In this document: positions 27,536-36,918 of the stretch, in pieces
Numbering within the stretch: position 1 is the stretch's first letter
How the letters are laid out: each line of letters opens with the position of its first letter
Source: a virus
Length of the DNA: 64,000 nucleotides
Direction: 5' to 3' (one strand)
IMG/VR virus record: IMGVR_UViG_3300024312_000003
Span: 32,001 to 96,000 of that record
Made by a program: the position numbers and the translations under genes
The notes under the pieces: generated by a model
Databases searched by the model: none
What the model saw: only the letters and a program-made list of their open reading frames with translations
Told to the model about the DNA's origin: nothing

Positions 27536-28393
27536 TTATTTCTTTCTGTACTTTTCAATAGGTTGAGCATTTGCATAAATGTCTTTTAGGATGGCTGCGC
27601 CTTCATCAATTCTAACAGACATTCCGCTGGCAAATTTATGACCACCACCGTTAATAGTTTTATGTTTAACGGCGTGATTAGAAACATCAAAGCTGTTGCT
27701 TCTAAGAGAAAAGACCATATGTCCTTCGCTTGTTACGAAGTACATGGCTGCGAAATCAATCGCGTAATCCGTGTATAGTTTCTCTCCGACTTCAGAGAAA
27801 AGTCCAGTCACGTTAACAACCGCACACAAAGCACCATCCCATTCGCCAACTACTGCTTTTGAAACAAACGAATCGACTACCGCAGATTCGTATTTCATCA
27901 AGTAAGGCGCTTCTGTCAATAGTTCACTGGTATCGTGAAGATGTTTCTCATATTCGCGAAAATCTTTAATTCCTTTTAGAACTGAAGTTACTTTTCTAGT
28001 ATCTTCAATTTTGAATTTCCACAAATCTCGATCCTGAATGATTTTTATCAGCTCAGGCGGTTGTTGGTCTTTGTGAAAATATTCCCAAGCCAACATGGCT
28101 CCAGATTTATCCATGTCGAATTGTGCAAAAGGTAACCCGCTTAGCTGATCCATTGCTGTTTTATGATGATCCAAAACAATCAAAGAATTCGATCGATCAT
28201 TTAGAGAAATCAGAGTTTCTTTTGGATATGAAAAATCCAGAATGAAAATGTTTGACCCAGACTCGATTTCCGGCAATGGTTTGTTGTAATTGACAGGAAT
28301 ATAAATTGCATTTTCCCTGAATTTCAGAAACGCAGCCAAAGCCGCTCCGCTACCATCGGTACAGTTTTCATGGAACAAGACGATATTTTTCAT
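27536..28393 (-). CDS. DHH/DHHA1 phosphoesterase (NrnB/oligoribonuclease-like)
   Basis: FHENCTDGSGA, ILDFSY, LDHHKT, QDRDLWKF, FSLRS and GGGHKFASG motifs. Confidence 0.85.
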   Translation of the reverse strand: MKNIVLFHENCTDGSGAALAAFLKFRENAIYIPVNYNKPLPEIESGSNIFILDFSYPKETLISLNDRSNSLIVLDHHKTAMDQLSGLPFAQFDMDKSGAMLAWEYFHKDQQPPELIKIIQDRDLWKFKIEDTRKVTSVLKGIKDFREYEKHLHDTSELLTEAPYLMKYESAVVDSFVSKAVVGEWDGALCAVVNVTGLFSEVGEKLYTDYAIDFAAMYFVTSEGHMVFSLRSNSFDVSNHAVKHKTINGGGHKFASGMSVRIDEGAAILKDIYANAQPIEKYRKK

Positions 28394-28406
28394 GATTTAG
28401 TTTCCT

Positions 28407-29273
28407 TTACTTATAACGTTTGACTTTGTGATCGTTAACGAAATCTTCATCCCAAACACAGAAAGCGCGATGCCGAATGTTGCTATTGGTAATCATACCG
28501 CCAGGATACTCCAGTCCACGATAACCGTATTCTTCCAACATCACGCGAATGCGTTGATAATTGAGTTTTCGATAAGGGAAGTGATGATGCTTCACCACTC
28601 GAAGGAAATCATCAAATTTCTCAATTTGAATAACTTTACGACGTTCATCGTGTACCCAGCTTCGAACCACAGACCCTGTTACTGGATCGCGTCGAGCCAC
28701 CAGTCTCGAATTTTCACGAATGGTGACTTCAATCTTGTCAGCAACACACCCCCAATCAAAGAACATTTTCAAATATTCTTCAGGAGTGGTACGGTCGAGC
28801 ATCAACATCGAGTCGTTGAACAATCTTTCAGGGAAATTGAATTCGCTGATGTACCCGACTTGTTTGGGTTTCTCTTTGTGATACGTGTAGTTGCAAGAAA
28901 GTGGTTGAGCTTTATCGAACAATGTGGATCGATCGATCTTAACCTCAATGAAACCTTCCTCAATCTTGTCAAGGAATTGATAGTGATCGAAGCTGGTAGC
29001 TTCTTCAATCTTTTTCTTCAAAACTTCAGTCACGTATCGACCGTACGCGATTTCTTGAGCGTGTTGTTTGGTTGCAGCTCTTCCTTGAAACAAGACCACT
29101 TTGGAGTCACGAGAATATCGCTCATAGTGACCTTTGGTACGATAAGTTTCAGCCACATTCTTCTTGGTGGTCAGATAAATACCTTGACCAACCAAACAAC
29201 GTTTGTTTGTTTTGTTGAAGTCGAATTCTTTGATTTTTTCAGCGTCACCGCGATAGAGTGTGATCGTGCTCAT
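28407..29273 (-). CDS. ADP-ribosyltransferase-fold protein
   Basis: LYRGD...F...GQGIYLTT....AETY N-terminus and GYRGLEY C-terminus. Confidence 0.55.
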   Translation of the reverse strand: MSTITLYRGDAEKIKEFDFNKTNKRCLVGQGIYLTTKKNVAETYRTKGHYERYSRDSKVVLFQGRAATKQHAQEIAYGRYVTEVLKKKIEEATSFDHYQFLDKIEEGFIEVKIDRSTLFDKAQPLSCNYTYHKEKPKQVGYISEFNFPERLFNDSMLMLDRTTPEEYLKMFFDWGCVADKIEVTIRENSRLVARRDPVTGSVVRSWVHDERRKVIQIEKFDDFLRVVKHHHFPYRKLNYQRIRVMLEEYGYRGLEYPGGMITNSNIRHRAFCVWDEDFVNDHKVKRYK

Positions 29274-29661
29274 GATTCAAAATGTTTTCTAAATATTGTT
29301 TCGAATTCAATACAATCGATTCAGTACTTGATTGCTTAAATCCATTTATAAGAATATCCCAATGTTCTTGAAGATGCTCTTCAAGTTCTGTGGATTTATT
29401 CCTTTTATTTATTCTATTTATGTATTCTTCTTTTAAAGATATGTCTGGATAAATTATTTTGTATTTAATTTGTCGTTTATTTAATTCTTGTCTTAGAATA
29501 CCCCACATTGGTAAAAGTGGAATTTTACCACAGTTTTCATTTTCTAGAGCAAGATTTACAATTTCATCGACTCCCAAATACGGAATGTCAAGATCAATAA
29601 ACCTTGAATTCTTCCTACTTAGAGTAGTTTTACCTGTAGCGTGAAAGCAACAATAAATCAT
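29245..29661 (-). CDS. Small P-loop (NMP-kinase-like) protein
   Basis: CFHATGKTTLS Walker A-like motif, then FIDLD and LKEEYINR. Confidence 0.55.
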   Translation of the reverse strand: MIYCCFHATGKTTLSRKNSRFIDLDIPYLGVDEIVNLALENENCGKIPLLPMWGILRQELNKRQIKYKIIYPDISLKEEYINRINKRNKSTELEEHLQEHWDILINGFKQSSTESIVLNSKQYLENILNHEHDHTLSR

Positions 29662-29707
29662 AAGGGTCCTAATTATTAAGAACTCAATTAAAAAATCTTA
29701 ATAATTA

Positions 29708-29735
29708 GGACAGAGATACAATTGTATCTCTGTCC
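29708..29735. terminator. Intrinsic terminator
   Basis: ggacagagatac-aatt-gtatctctgtcc. Confidence 0.75.
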
Positions 29736-29742
29736 TGTTTAG

Positions 29743-30057
29743 TTACTTCTTACCGAAATGTCGTTGGACAAAGCCTTCACGATTGATGATCGTGAAACCC
29801 ATCTGCTTGAGTTCAGCAAAGCGTTTGAGAACCATCTGCGGAGACTTGTAAGGCTCTCCCGTCTTCTTGTTCAACAAACCACTCCATTGGACCTTGTAGC
29901 CGTCTTTGAGATGGTTATAATCTGGTCGACGAGAATCGACTTTCTTGAAGGCCGCAGGAAGCTTATCAGGATTCCATTTCTCATTGACTGCCACAATGAA
30001 GCAGTTCGAGCCATGGATCGAGAAAGAGATGTAAATTTTGGTCAGTTTCTTTGTCAT
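29743..30057 (-). CDS. Hypothetical protein
   Basis: 104 aa basic ORF. Confidence 0.65.
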   Translation of the reverse strand: MTKKLTKIYISFSIHGSNCFIVAVNEKWNPDKLPAAFKKVDSRRPDYNHLKDGYKVQWSGLLNKKTGEPYKSPQMVLKRFAELKQMGFTIINREGFVQRHFGKK

Positions 30058-30063
30058 GTTGTT

Positions 30064-31527
30064 TTATCCGTTACTAGATGCTAGTGGTTCATCGGGAGCT
30101 GGTGGATTAAAGGGAGACGCGTTAATTCTGCTATTTCTTTGAGTTTGAGAAAGATCAAAATCCCAGTTCAAATCTTTATTTGTTTGAAAGGGAATATTTC
30201 GATGTCCTACCTCATTACTGATAGACCCATGAATTCCGTGTTGAAACATCTTTACTGAGTCACGCACAATTTCGGCTGCTGACGGCCATCCGGTTGGATA
30301 ATGAATATCCTCTGCGTGTGGATGTTCAAGACGTACCGGAGCAATATTGCTCCTGTCGTTAGGATTATGATTCTTCAAACTTTCAGAATCTTTGATGATT
30401 GCCTCATCTGATCGATGCTCTGTATCGAAAAGATAATTCTTAGTCTTGAATTTAAGAGTATCAGTCTCAATTTCAAATCCAGAATCACCTAGGGTGATTT
30501 TCAATTCAGAAAAATCACCTCTTGTAATTTGAGTAGTTTCAGAGTAGGCAAATTCAAATTCGTTAATTTTTTTAGTTCTCTTAAAGATAGTGTAATAACT
30601 ATAATCCCCATTAATCCTTAGGAAATAGGTTTCTTCCTTTTCGTCAAAGCAATTAATGCACGAATATTGATCACCAAATGTGCCGTTTGTTTTAAGCTCA
30701 TAAAACACTTCATTGGAAATTGCTTCAATCGAATTCACAATACTTTCGTTATGAATGTTAGATTCAGTAACGTAAGCTTTCAACAAATCGTAAGTGATCT
30801 TAATTTGTTGAGTCATGATGGCGAGTTGAATTATTTCTTTTGTGGTCATTCCTCGTTTGTAATTATCTTTGAAATATTCAATCACTTCAGGGAATTTCAA
30901 AGATTCGAAGAATTTAGAGTATCGAATTCGACCCGGACGACCTTTCAAGTATTCGTTTACCCGACTGTAATCGTTGGCGCAAATGATTGTCAGCTTCTTA
31001 CCACCACCACACGAACCATCAAGAATGCTCAAAATACCATTTTGAGCAGACGTCTCTTCGTTGAGTTCAGGATTGTAATAATGCTTGTCAAATTCATCAA
31101 ACATCACAACGATGTTTTGCTTGATCTTTGCAAAAAGATTTGCAAGCATATTCAGAGGAATTGCGTGATCAACAATCACCACTGGATAATCCATACCGAG
31201 TGCTGTTTTTGCGATCACCTGCAGCGTGGTTGTTTTACCAGTACCTTTGAGACCGTAGAGGCCAATACCCATGCAGGTGTCTTGGGTTTCAAAAGTCTTG
31301 AGGTATCGAGCTGTGTCTTTGTGGACACTTCCGTAAATCTTGGGAGGTGGGTTTGGAAATTCAGAAAGTTCCAGATAGAGATTTTTCTCCTCACCATCAA
31401 ATCGGATTCGATAAATTCCAGTTGGAATTGCATCATGAATGTTTCCAGGAACCATCGTCATGGCGTCGACGCGGCCATCCGGATGAACATTAAAGGCGAA
31501 CTTACGAAGATTTTGAGTAGAAGTCAT
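30064..31527 (-). CDS. AAA+ ATPase
   Basis: GLYGLKGTGKTT (Walker A), VVMFDEFDK (Walker B) and LKGRPGRI (Arg finger). Confidence 0.85.
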   Translation of the reverse strand: MTSTQNLRKFAFNVHPDGRVDAMTMVPGNIHDAIPTGIYRIRFDGEEKNLYLELSEFPNPPPKIYGSVHKDTARYLKTFETQDTCMGIGLYGLKGTGKTTTLQVIAKTALGMDYPVVIVDHAIPLNMLANLFAKIKQNIVVMFDEFDKHYYNPELNEETSAQNGILSILDGSCGGGKKLTIICANDYSRVNEYLKGRPGRIRYSKFFESLKFPEVIEYFKDNYKRGMTTKEIIQLAIMTQQIKITYDLLKAYVTESNIHNESIVNSIEAISNEVFYELKTNGTFGDQYSCINCFDEKEETYFLRINGDYSYYTIFKRTKKINEFEFAYSETTQITRGDFSELKITLGDSGFEIETDTLKFKTKNYLFDTEHRSDEAIIKDSESLKNHNPNDRSNIAPVRLEHPHAEDIHYPTGWPSAAEIVRDSVKMFQHGIHGSISNEVGHRNIPFQTNKDLNWDFDLSQTQRNSRINASPFNPPAPDEPLASSNG

Positions 31528-31542
31528 TTTTGATCAGTTGAT

Positions 31543-31812
31543 TTATTCAGAAATGTACTTGGTGATGATTTCTTCAAGAGTGTGACTGCGAAGCAAACCT
31601 TCGATTTGACCGACGGCTACGAGCACATCACCCGCGTCCAGATCAGTAGGCGCATCAATTGCCAGACGCTCTTCCCCGTCTTCGTATTTGATTTTTACAA
31701 TTGTGAAAGAGCCGGGATCCCAGTCTAGAAATGTTGAAAACAGTTTATTCAAAAAACTGATGTCAAAAGCAGTGACTGCGCTTGCTTGGATTGGAATGAA
31801 TTTGAGTTCCAT
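31543..31812 (-). CDS. Hypothetical protein
   Basis: 89 aa ORF downstream of the promoter motif. Confidence 0.6.
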   Translation of the reverse strand: MELKFIPIQASAVTAFDISFLNKLFSTFLDWDPGSFTIVKIKYEDGEERLAIDAPTDLDAGDVLVAVGQIEGLLRSHTLEEIITKYISE

Positions 31813-31855
31813 GATTTACCCAAAATAAAAAGAATGTTTTACCTATTACACTTCA

Positions 31856-31871
31856 GTGATATGTATCTGAA
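31856..31871 (-). promoter_or_regulatory. Putative early promoter (TTCAGATACATATCAC) inside a 16-bp inverted repeat
   Basis: Recurrent motif. Repeat arms at 31841-31856 and 31867-31882. Confidence 0.55.
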
Positions 31872-31892
31872 GTGTAATAGGTTTTATGTTGT

Positions 31893-32288
31893 TTAGATCA
31901 CGATGTCTTCAGCAAGAACAGGCGCTGGAAAATACTCCATGTAGTTCTTGCCGAGTTTCTCCCAGACCATGTTGATCTTCATCTCCAACTCTTCGATTGT
32001 CGAAGCGTGCGGATAGATCCCGGTGCCAAAGCTGATACTCAGATGTCCGATCGGTTCTTCAGCACTGACTTGCGCACTGAATTCATAAACCACTTTGACA
32101 GGGCAGTTGGCGGGCATGGAATAGCCCTTGACCTGGATGGTGAATCGCTTTCCTTGCGTGTCCTTGATGGGTTTGTAGAATTGACAAACAAGCCCACTCA
32201 TCGAATCGGCAGGGGAAGCGATTTGATGATTGCGACGATAACCTGCTTCAACGAAGTGTTGTTCTGTCAATTGAAATTGATTTTTCAC
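31893..32288 (-). CDS. Hypothetical protein (similar to the C-terminal domain of 38332-39249)
   Basis: LTEQHFVEAGY...KDTQGKRFTIQV. Confidence 0.65.
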   Translation of the reverse strand: MKNQFQLTEQHFVEAGYRRNHQIASPADSMSGLVCQFYKPIKDTQGKRFTIQVKGYSMPANCPVKVVYEFSAQVSAEEPIGHLSISFGTGIYPHASTIEELEMKINMVWEKLGKNYMEYFPAPVLAEDIVI

Positions 32289-32374
32289 GTCTTTCTCCTA
32301 AGCTGTTGTTTAAAATTAATGATCGAATTATTGGTGGTTTTAGATTTCAACGATGTCTGTGTAAAACGTAGCTT

Positions 32375-32782
32375 TCATGGCGGATTAAATCCATTTTGAA
32401 TTGCCAAGAGTTTAAGTTCGTATTGAATTTTGTCAGAATCCAATACCTTCCACAATTCCATGACCTTGAAATCAACTCCATCAGAATATTGTTCTGGATT
32501 TCGTTGTTTCAAAGTATCGCTGATTCGTTGGGCTTCAGATTCAGCGTACTCTCGAGACGAAAACGTCATGGCCATCAAGGAGTAGTTCTTTGAATCAGTT
32601 GTCGTGACTCGTGCAAGGCGAATATCGAGTTTCTTATCGGAGTTTGGGGGTATAAAAGTGATCGGATCAATGAAACGATCAAAAAACGCCATTCCGGCAA
32701 TGTAGTTTTTCCCAGTGGTTTCAAGAACGTACATGCCTAGTTCCTTATCGAGGAGTTTGCTCATTGATGCTTGCAAAAGCAA
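32375..32782 (-). CDS. Hypothetical protein
   Basis: 135 aa ORF. True start may be about 9-17 codons later. Confidence 0.55.
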   Translation of the reverse strand: MLLQASMSKLLDKELGMYVLETTGKNYIAGMAFFDRFIDPITFIPPNSDKKLDIRLARVTTTDSKNYSLMAMTFSSREYAESEAQRISDTLKQRNPEQYSDGVDFKVMELWKVLDSDKIQYELKLLAIQNGFNPP

Positions 32783-33104
32783 TCTTGCGAGCTTTGTGTT
32801 CTGCCGCCAATCGCATTGCTTTGTCCAGCTCTTCTTGAAAGATTTTGTCGGCGTGATCCTTCATGTATTGTTCCCATTTGGGATCAAGCGCAGTCTCAGT
32901 CAAGTAACCGTTGATTTGCTTGAGAATCAAACCTTCATCAGGATGTTGAAGAGAGTATCCCTTTCGATGCTTGTCGTGAAAGAGAATTCGGATTTGATCC
33001 AGCAATTTCTCTTTGGCGGTAGCCAGCAGAGTCCGTTCAGCATCACCTTGCAGTTTTTGCATCATGGACTCGATGAACTTTTGATCAATTTTGATGAGAG
33101 ACAT
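32745..33104 (-). CDS. Hypothetical protein
   Basis: 119 aa helical ORF. Confidence 0.6.
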   Translation of the reverse strand: MSLIKIDQKFIESMMQKLQGDAERTLLATAKEKLLDQIRILFHDKHRKGYSLQHPDEGLILKQINGYLTETALDPKWEQYMKDHADKIFQEELDKAMRLAAEHKARKIAFASINEQTPR

Positions 33105-33495
33105 ATTTTTGATTCAGAATGTGAATTTGATCGATGATCTTTTCTTCAAGAATATCGATGAAAGGTTGTTTTCCTTCCATCGCCAGATGACTCTTAGGTT
33201 GAAGAGATTCCAACCAATTCTTGAATTCATAAACACCATTGAGTGTGGTTCGGAAACTCAACGAATGTACACCACCGTTGTGAGGATAGCCGAAACGACT
33301 CTCCCAAGGAAGTCCAGGCCAGTTGTTTTGACAACTGTAGTACAAATAGCCTAGAAAATAGCCAGCGGGTTCGTGTTGGGGTTGAGACATGTCGATTCGT
33401 ACGATTTTATCGTCGAATACGCCGAGTTGCCAACGAAAGTATTCAGTCATCATGACTGTATGGCCAAGTTCATTGAGTTGTTCGGTAATTTTCAT
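33085..33495 (-). CDS. Hypothetical protein
   Basis: 136 aa ORF. Confidence 0.6.
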   Translation of the reverse strand: MKITEQLNELGHTVMMTEYFRWQLGVFDDKIVRIDMSQPQHEPAGYFLGYLYYSCQNNWPGLPWESRFGYPHNGGVHSLSFRTTLNGVYEFKNWLESLQPKSHLAMEGKQPFIDILEEKIIDQIHILNQKYVSHQN

Positions 33496-33573
33496 GGTGT
33501 ATTTTCTATTGTTTTAATATCGCACAAACGACAAAAGGTGGAATAAATTCCATGCTTTACACAATTACCCATT

Positions 33574-33882
33574 TTAGATGACTGTTGTTTTTCTTGAAAG
33601 TTTAATTACATTACCGTTGTCGTCGATAACCGGTTTTGATTTAGGGAAGAAAATCAAACTGGTAACGGGAAAAGTAATGATGTCTTTCGGTTTAGGTTTT
33701 ACGCCGTTGATGATAACTGCGGATTGTTCAAGCCAGCGACGCACTTCGGAATTGCTTGCAGCAATGCATGGAGTCTCAATGGACATTGGAAGACTCGGAC
33801 GCATCGACAGAAGGAATTCAAAGGCAGTAGTCGGTTTTACTCGATTGATGTGAATGATTTGGTCTTCTGCGATTTGTGTCAT
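33574..33882 (-). CDS. Stand-alone S4-like RNA-binding domain protein
   Basis: AASNSEVRRWLEQSAVIINGVK matches the S4 core (S.SEARR.I.QG.V.ING). Confidence 0.6.
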   Translation of the reverse strand: MTQIAEDQIIHINRVKPTTAFEFLLSMRPSLPMSIETPCIAASNSEVRRWLEQSAVIINGVKPKPKDIITFPVTSLIFFPKSKPVIDDNGNVIKLSRKTTVI

Positions 33883-33888
33883 GATTTT

Positions 33889-34680
33889 TCAACTGTTGCT
33901 TGAGATTGAATCCAGAACGTCACCAGTTTGTTTAAAGTACGGACTCATCAAAACTGTTTTTGACTTTCGATCAGCGTTCACATTTGGATTAGATTTTACC
34001 AAAGGACGAAGATGACTAATAGGGTTATCCATTGCAGCAAGATCCGGATACTTCTTAGACCCAGCCTTATAGATTGCTTGCTTAACATTAACGCCTGATT
34101 CTAGAACGATCTGATTGTCGTTCCAGCGAATCTGGTAAAGATTCGTAATACCATTGTCGTACCAAGCAATGTTTTCGATATTCTTTTCAGTATTAAAACC
34201 AGAACGTTCAAGCGCGTGATATAGATCGACACCTTCAACGACAGATCGAGTGTTGTCTTTCCAGTAAACAGTGTATTTTTTGATTTTGAATTTATTACCG
34301 TTTACTACTTTACTTTCCATCCGGTAGATGGCAAATTCTTCATTGACGTATTGGTTAGAAAGCCGTTCAGCTTCCAACTCAGCTTTTGTTTTAGAACTGT
34401 GGACACGGGGACGACTGGTGAATTGAGGAAATCCAGCATCAGTCATGCGCGCAATGATGAAATGCGTTTTTCTTCCATCATTTTGTTTCACATTTCGCAT
34501 TTCAGAAAGCATGAATCCCAACCAATATGCTTGAGTGGTTGGGTTGATGTAGTCGCTTTCTTCATTTTTACGGAAATCGAAATGTCCAATACACACTTTT
34601 TCGAATTCAGGTTGAAATTGTTTCGTCAAGATGGAACTGATCTTCATGATGATTATTTCCTTTAGTTGTGAAAATAACAA
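33889..34680 (-). CDS. Multidomain hypothetical protein
   Basis: 263 aa. Contains a YTVYWKD..VEG module shared with 40582-40809. Confidence 0.6.
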   Translation of the reverse strand: MLFSQLKEIIIMKISSILTKQFQPEFEKVCIGHFDFRKNEESDYINPTTQAYWLGFMLSEMRNVKQNDGRKTHFIIARMTDAGFPQFTSRPRVHSSKTKAELEAERLSNQYVNEEFAIYRMESKVVNGNKFKIKKYTVYWKDNTRSVVEGVDLYHALERSGFNTEKNIENIAWYDNGITNLYQIRWNDNQIVLESGVNVKQAIYKAGSKKYPDLAAMDNPISHLRPLVKSNPNVNADRKSKTVLMSPYFKQTGDVLDSISSNS

Positions 34681-34722
34681 GGTAAGGAGTCTTGTTACTT
34701 ATTTATTCCGGAATAAATAAGA

Positions 34723-34959
34723 TTAATCCGGAATATGGCATACACAAACATACTTCCAATGTCGTGTTGGAACATACATACTTGTTCCAACATTACCTGA
34801 ATGACTCCAACGTTTTGCTCCAGGATTCCATTGCAGAACGATTCGGCCAAAGTAATGGCCGTCACTATCGTAATGATCGAGCCAATGATGATTGGCTAGT
34901 TTTATTTCGTTTCCTGGAGGTTGAGGTTCGTCTTGAAATTCAGAATTTAGATTACCCAT
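34723..34959 (-). CDS. Hypothetical protein
   Basis: 78 aa Trp-rich ORF. Confidence 0.55.
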   Translation of the reverse strand: MGNLNSEFQDEPQPPGNEIKLANHHWLDHYDSDGHYFGRIVLQWNPGAKRWSHSGNVGTSMYVPTRHWKYVCVCHIPD

Positions 34960-35187
34960 TTAAACCTCTTCAACGACGATATTGACTTGCTTGGCCATTT
35001 CCAAAAGATCAGTGAGATTCATATTCTCAATTTTCTCTTGAATTTTAGCAACCAATTCGTTACGAATTTGATTCTGAGTGATGTGTGCTACTTCATCAGG
35101 GTACGGACGTGAGCCTTCGTCGTAGACAATGTAGGTTTTGTTATCAGAAGTATCAGTGATTTGAGGCATGTCGAGTCTTTCACTCAA
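34960..35187 (-). CDS. Hypothetical protein
   Basis: 75 aa ORF abutting the next gene. Confidence 0.55.
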   Translation of the reverse strand: MSERLDMPQITDTSDNKTYIVYDEGSRPYPDEVAHITQNQIRNELVAKIQEKIENMNLTDLLEMAKQVNIVVEEV

Positions 35188-35212
35188 TGTGGTTCGTACG
35201 GAGTAAATCGTA

Positions 35213-35848
35213 TTAGTCTTTTATCGATTGAGCATTGTCAATTGACTTAGCGAAGAAATTTCTTTCAGCATCAGCTCCTGGATAAATAGTACCGGCTACG
35301 ATTTGATCGGACGGACATTCATTCTTTTGAATGTATTTATTTACAAACCTTTCATCGACTACACGATCAAACTTGATAGTGTATTGCGATCCATAGATGT
35401 GTTTATAGGTCCATTCTTTGCTGAGAACTGCGAGTTCTCCAGGAACATCTACTGGTTCCAAAGACTTAGCAGTGTATCCAGAAAAGATAGTCGTTGTCAT
35501 TTTTTCGAAATGAGCGTACTGTTTATTCTCAGCACTCTCGTGATTATCAGAGATGATTCTTTCGCATTCTCGAATCTTCTCTACCTTGTTTCGATCAGGA
35601 ACAAGAACATAGAGAGGCTCGCCGTCGCAATCCCTGTTGAGAATTGCGACGTAGGCCAAAATGTGTTGATCCCATTGATCGTGAAAGAAGCGAACTCGAT
35701 CATTGACAGCAAACCCATGTTTGATTTGCATGTTGTTTTCACGAATGGTTTTACCATTCTTTTCAACGAGACGATGAGTAACTTGTACATTAGACACTTT
35801 GATGTTCCTTTTAACTGGGGATTTTACACTGTTGATTGGAATTGGCAA
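35213..35848 (-). CDS. Hypothetical protein
   Basis: 211 aa ORF. True start probably MQIKHG. Confidence 0.55.
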   Translation of the reverse strand: MPIPINSVKSPVKRNIKVSNVQVTHRLVEKNGKTIRENNMQIKHGFAVNDRVRFFHDQWDQHILAYVAILNRDCDGEPLYVLVPDRNKVEKIRECERIISDNHESAENKQYAHFEKMTTTIFSGYTAKSLEPVDVPGELAVLSKEWTYKHIYGSQYTIKFDRVVDERFVNKYIQKNECPSDQIVAGTIYPGADAERNFFAKSIDNAQSIKD

Positions 35849-36353
35849 CCAACTCCATGCTCAAAGCTACCGCGAGTTGTTCGATACCGCCGTGTTGATC
35901 AATGGTGGATTTCATGGCTTCACGATGTTGATTGTCGAAGACAACCACATCATCACCCATTCGATAATCCGAATACCAAACACCACAGTAATCCATGGCC
36001 GCTTGTCGAATTTCTTGACTGTTCTTGATGCGGTATTCGCCTTCGATTTGCTCAACAAATCGAGTGACTGCTTCAGACTTCAGCATTTCGGCGACTCGTT
36101 CATATTGGTGGTTCCAGATGAGGAAGCGAGTCATTTCTTCGAAATGATACGTGATTTTTTGTCCTGTCTGAATTTCCCACATGCTGATGCCGAGAATGTC
36201 TTCAACGATGGCTTCTCGCAGTTCATCGTCGTCCATGGCGTCGATGGACCACATCACTTCACCATCGATGATTTCATGACGCACTGCACGAGAATCAATA
36301 CATTCAAGAAAAGCAGACGAGTTCTTGTGATCGGGATGAAAATCAAAGTTCAT
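35811..36353 (-). CDS. Hypothetical protein
   Basis: 180 aa acidic ORF. Confidence 0.6.
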   Translation of the reverse strand: MNFDFHPDHKNSSAFLECIDSRAVRHEIIDGEVMWSIDAMDDDELREAIVEDILGISMWEIQTGQKITYHFEEMTRFLIWNHQYERVAEMLKSEAVTRFVEQIEGEYRIKNSQEIRQAAMDYCGVWYSDYRMGDDVVVFDNQHREAMKSTIDQHGGIEQLAVALSMELVANSNQQCKIPS

Positions 36354-36393
36354 GATGGTTTATTCGTTTAAAGTTGAATTAGTTCAGATTGAA

Positions 36394-36840
36394 TCAGTTA
36401 TTCTTGATGATTTCACCAACAACTATTAGGGCGCTACCGAAATCACGATGAAGTGTTCCCTGATCTGAATCATTCCGTTTGATGATTACTTGTTTTTCAT
36501 TTAGAATGATGCTGATCTCAAAATCACCAGATGCGATTTTGATGGTCTTTTCAGTCGGTGTCTGGATCTGATCGACATTGTTGAGTTCGTAATGATTCTT
36601 ACGACTCGCATAGATGTCTTGATTGTGGCTGAACAATTCCCACTTCTTGAAGAAAGTGAAATAAGGAACATCGTTCTCACCCCACTCCACTGTTGCGAAG
36701 TCTTCCCCGCAATAGGTCAATCTACCCTCATTGACCAATACCACTGTTTCGACAATTCGAAGAGGAATGTTAATCGTATCGAGTTGGTGAAGAATTCGAC
36801 CAAGACTGCGACCGCTGTTTTTGTACTGACCGTATGCCAT
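36394..36840 (-). CDS. Hypothetical protein
   Basis: 148 aa ORF with AAAGGAAACTAAAAATG start context. Confidence 0.7.
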   Translation of the reverse strand: MAYGQYKNSGRSLGRILHQLDTINIPLRIVETVVLVNEGRLTYCGEDFATVEWGENDVPYFTFFKKWELFSHNQDIYASRKNHYELNNVDQIQTPTEKTIKIASGDFEISIILNEKQVIIKRNDSDQGTLHRDFGSALIVVGEIIKNN

Positions 36841-36871
36841 TTTAGTTTCCTTTAGTAGGTGAGCGTTGAAC

Positions 36872-36912
36872 CAATTCTAATGATAATTTAGTATTGATTA
36901 TCATTAGAATTG
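36872..36912. repeat. Perfect 16-bp inverted repeat with a 9-nt spacer
   Basis: caattctaatgataat / attatcattagaattg. Confidence 0.9.
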
Positions 36913-36918
36913 ACTCTT

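Noticed and set aside
28428-36028. Long plus-strand ORFs at 28428-29339, 30667-31533 and 35303-36028
   Set aside because: Each is antisense to motif-bearing or well-packed minus-strand genes, and the translations have an atypical F/I/V/S-rich composition.
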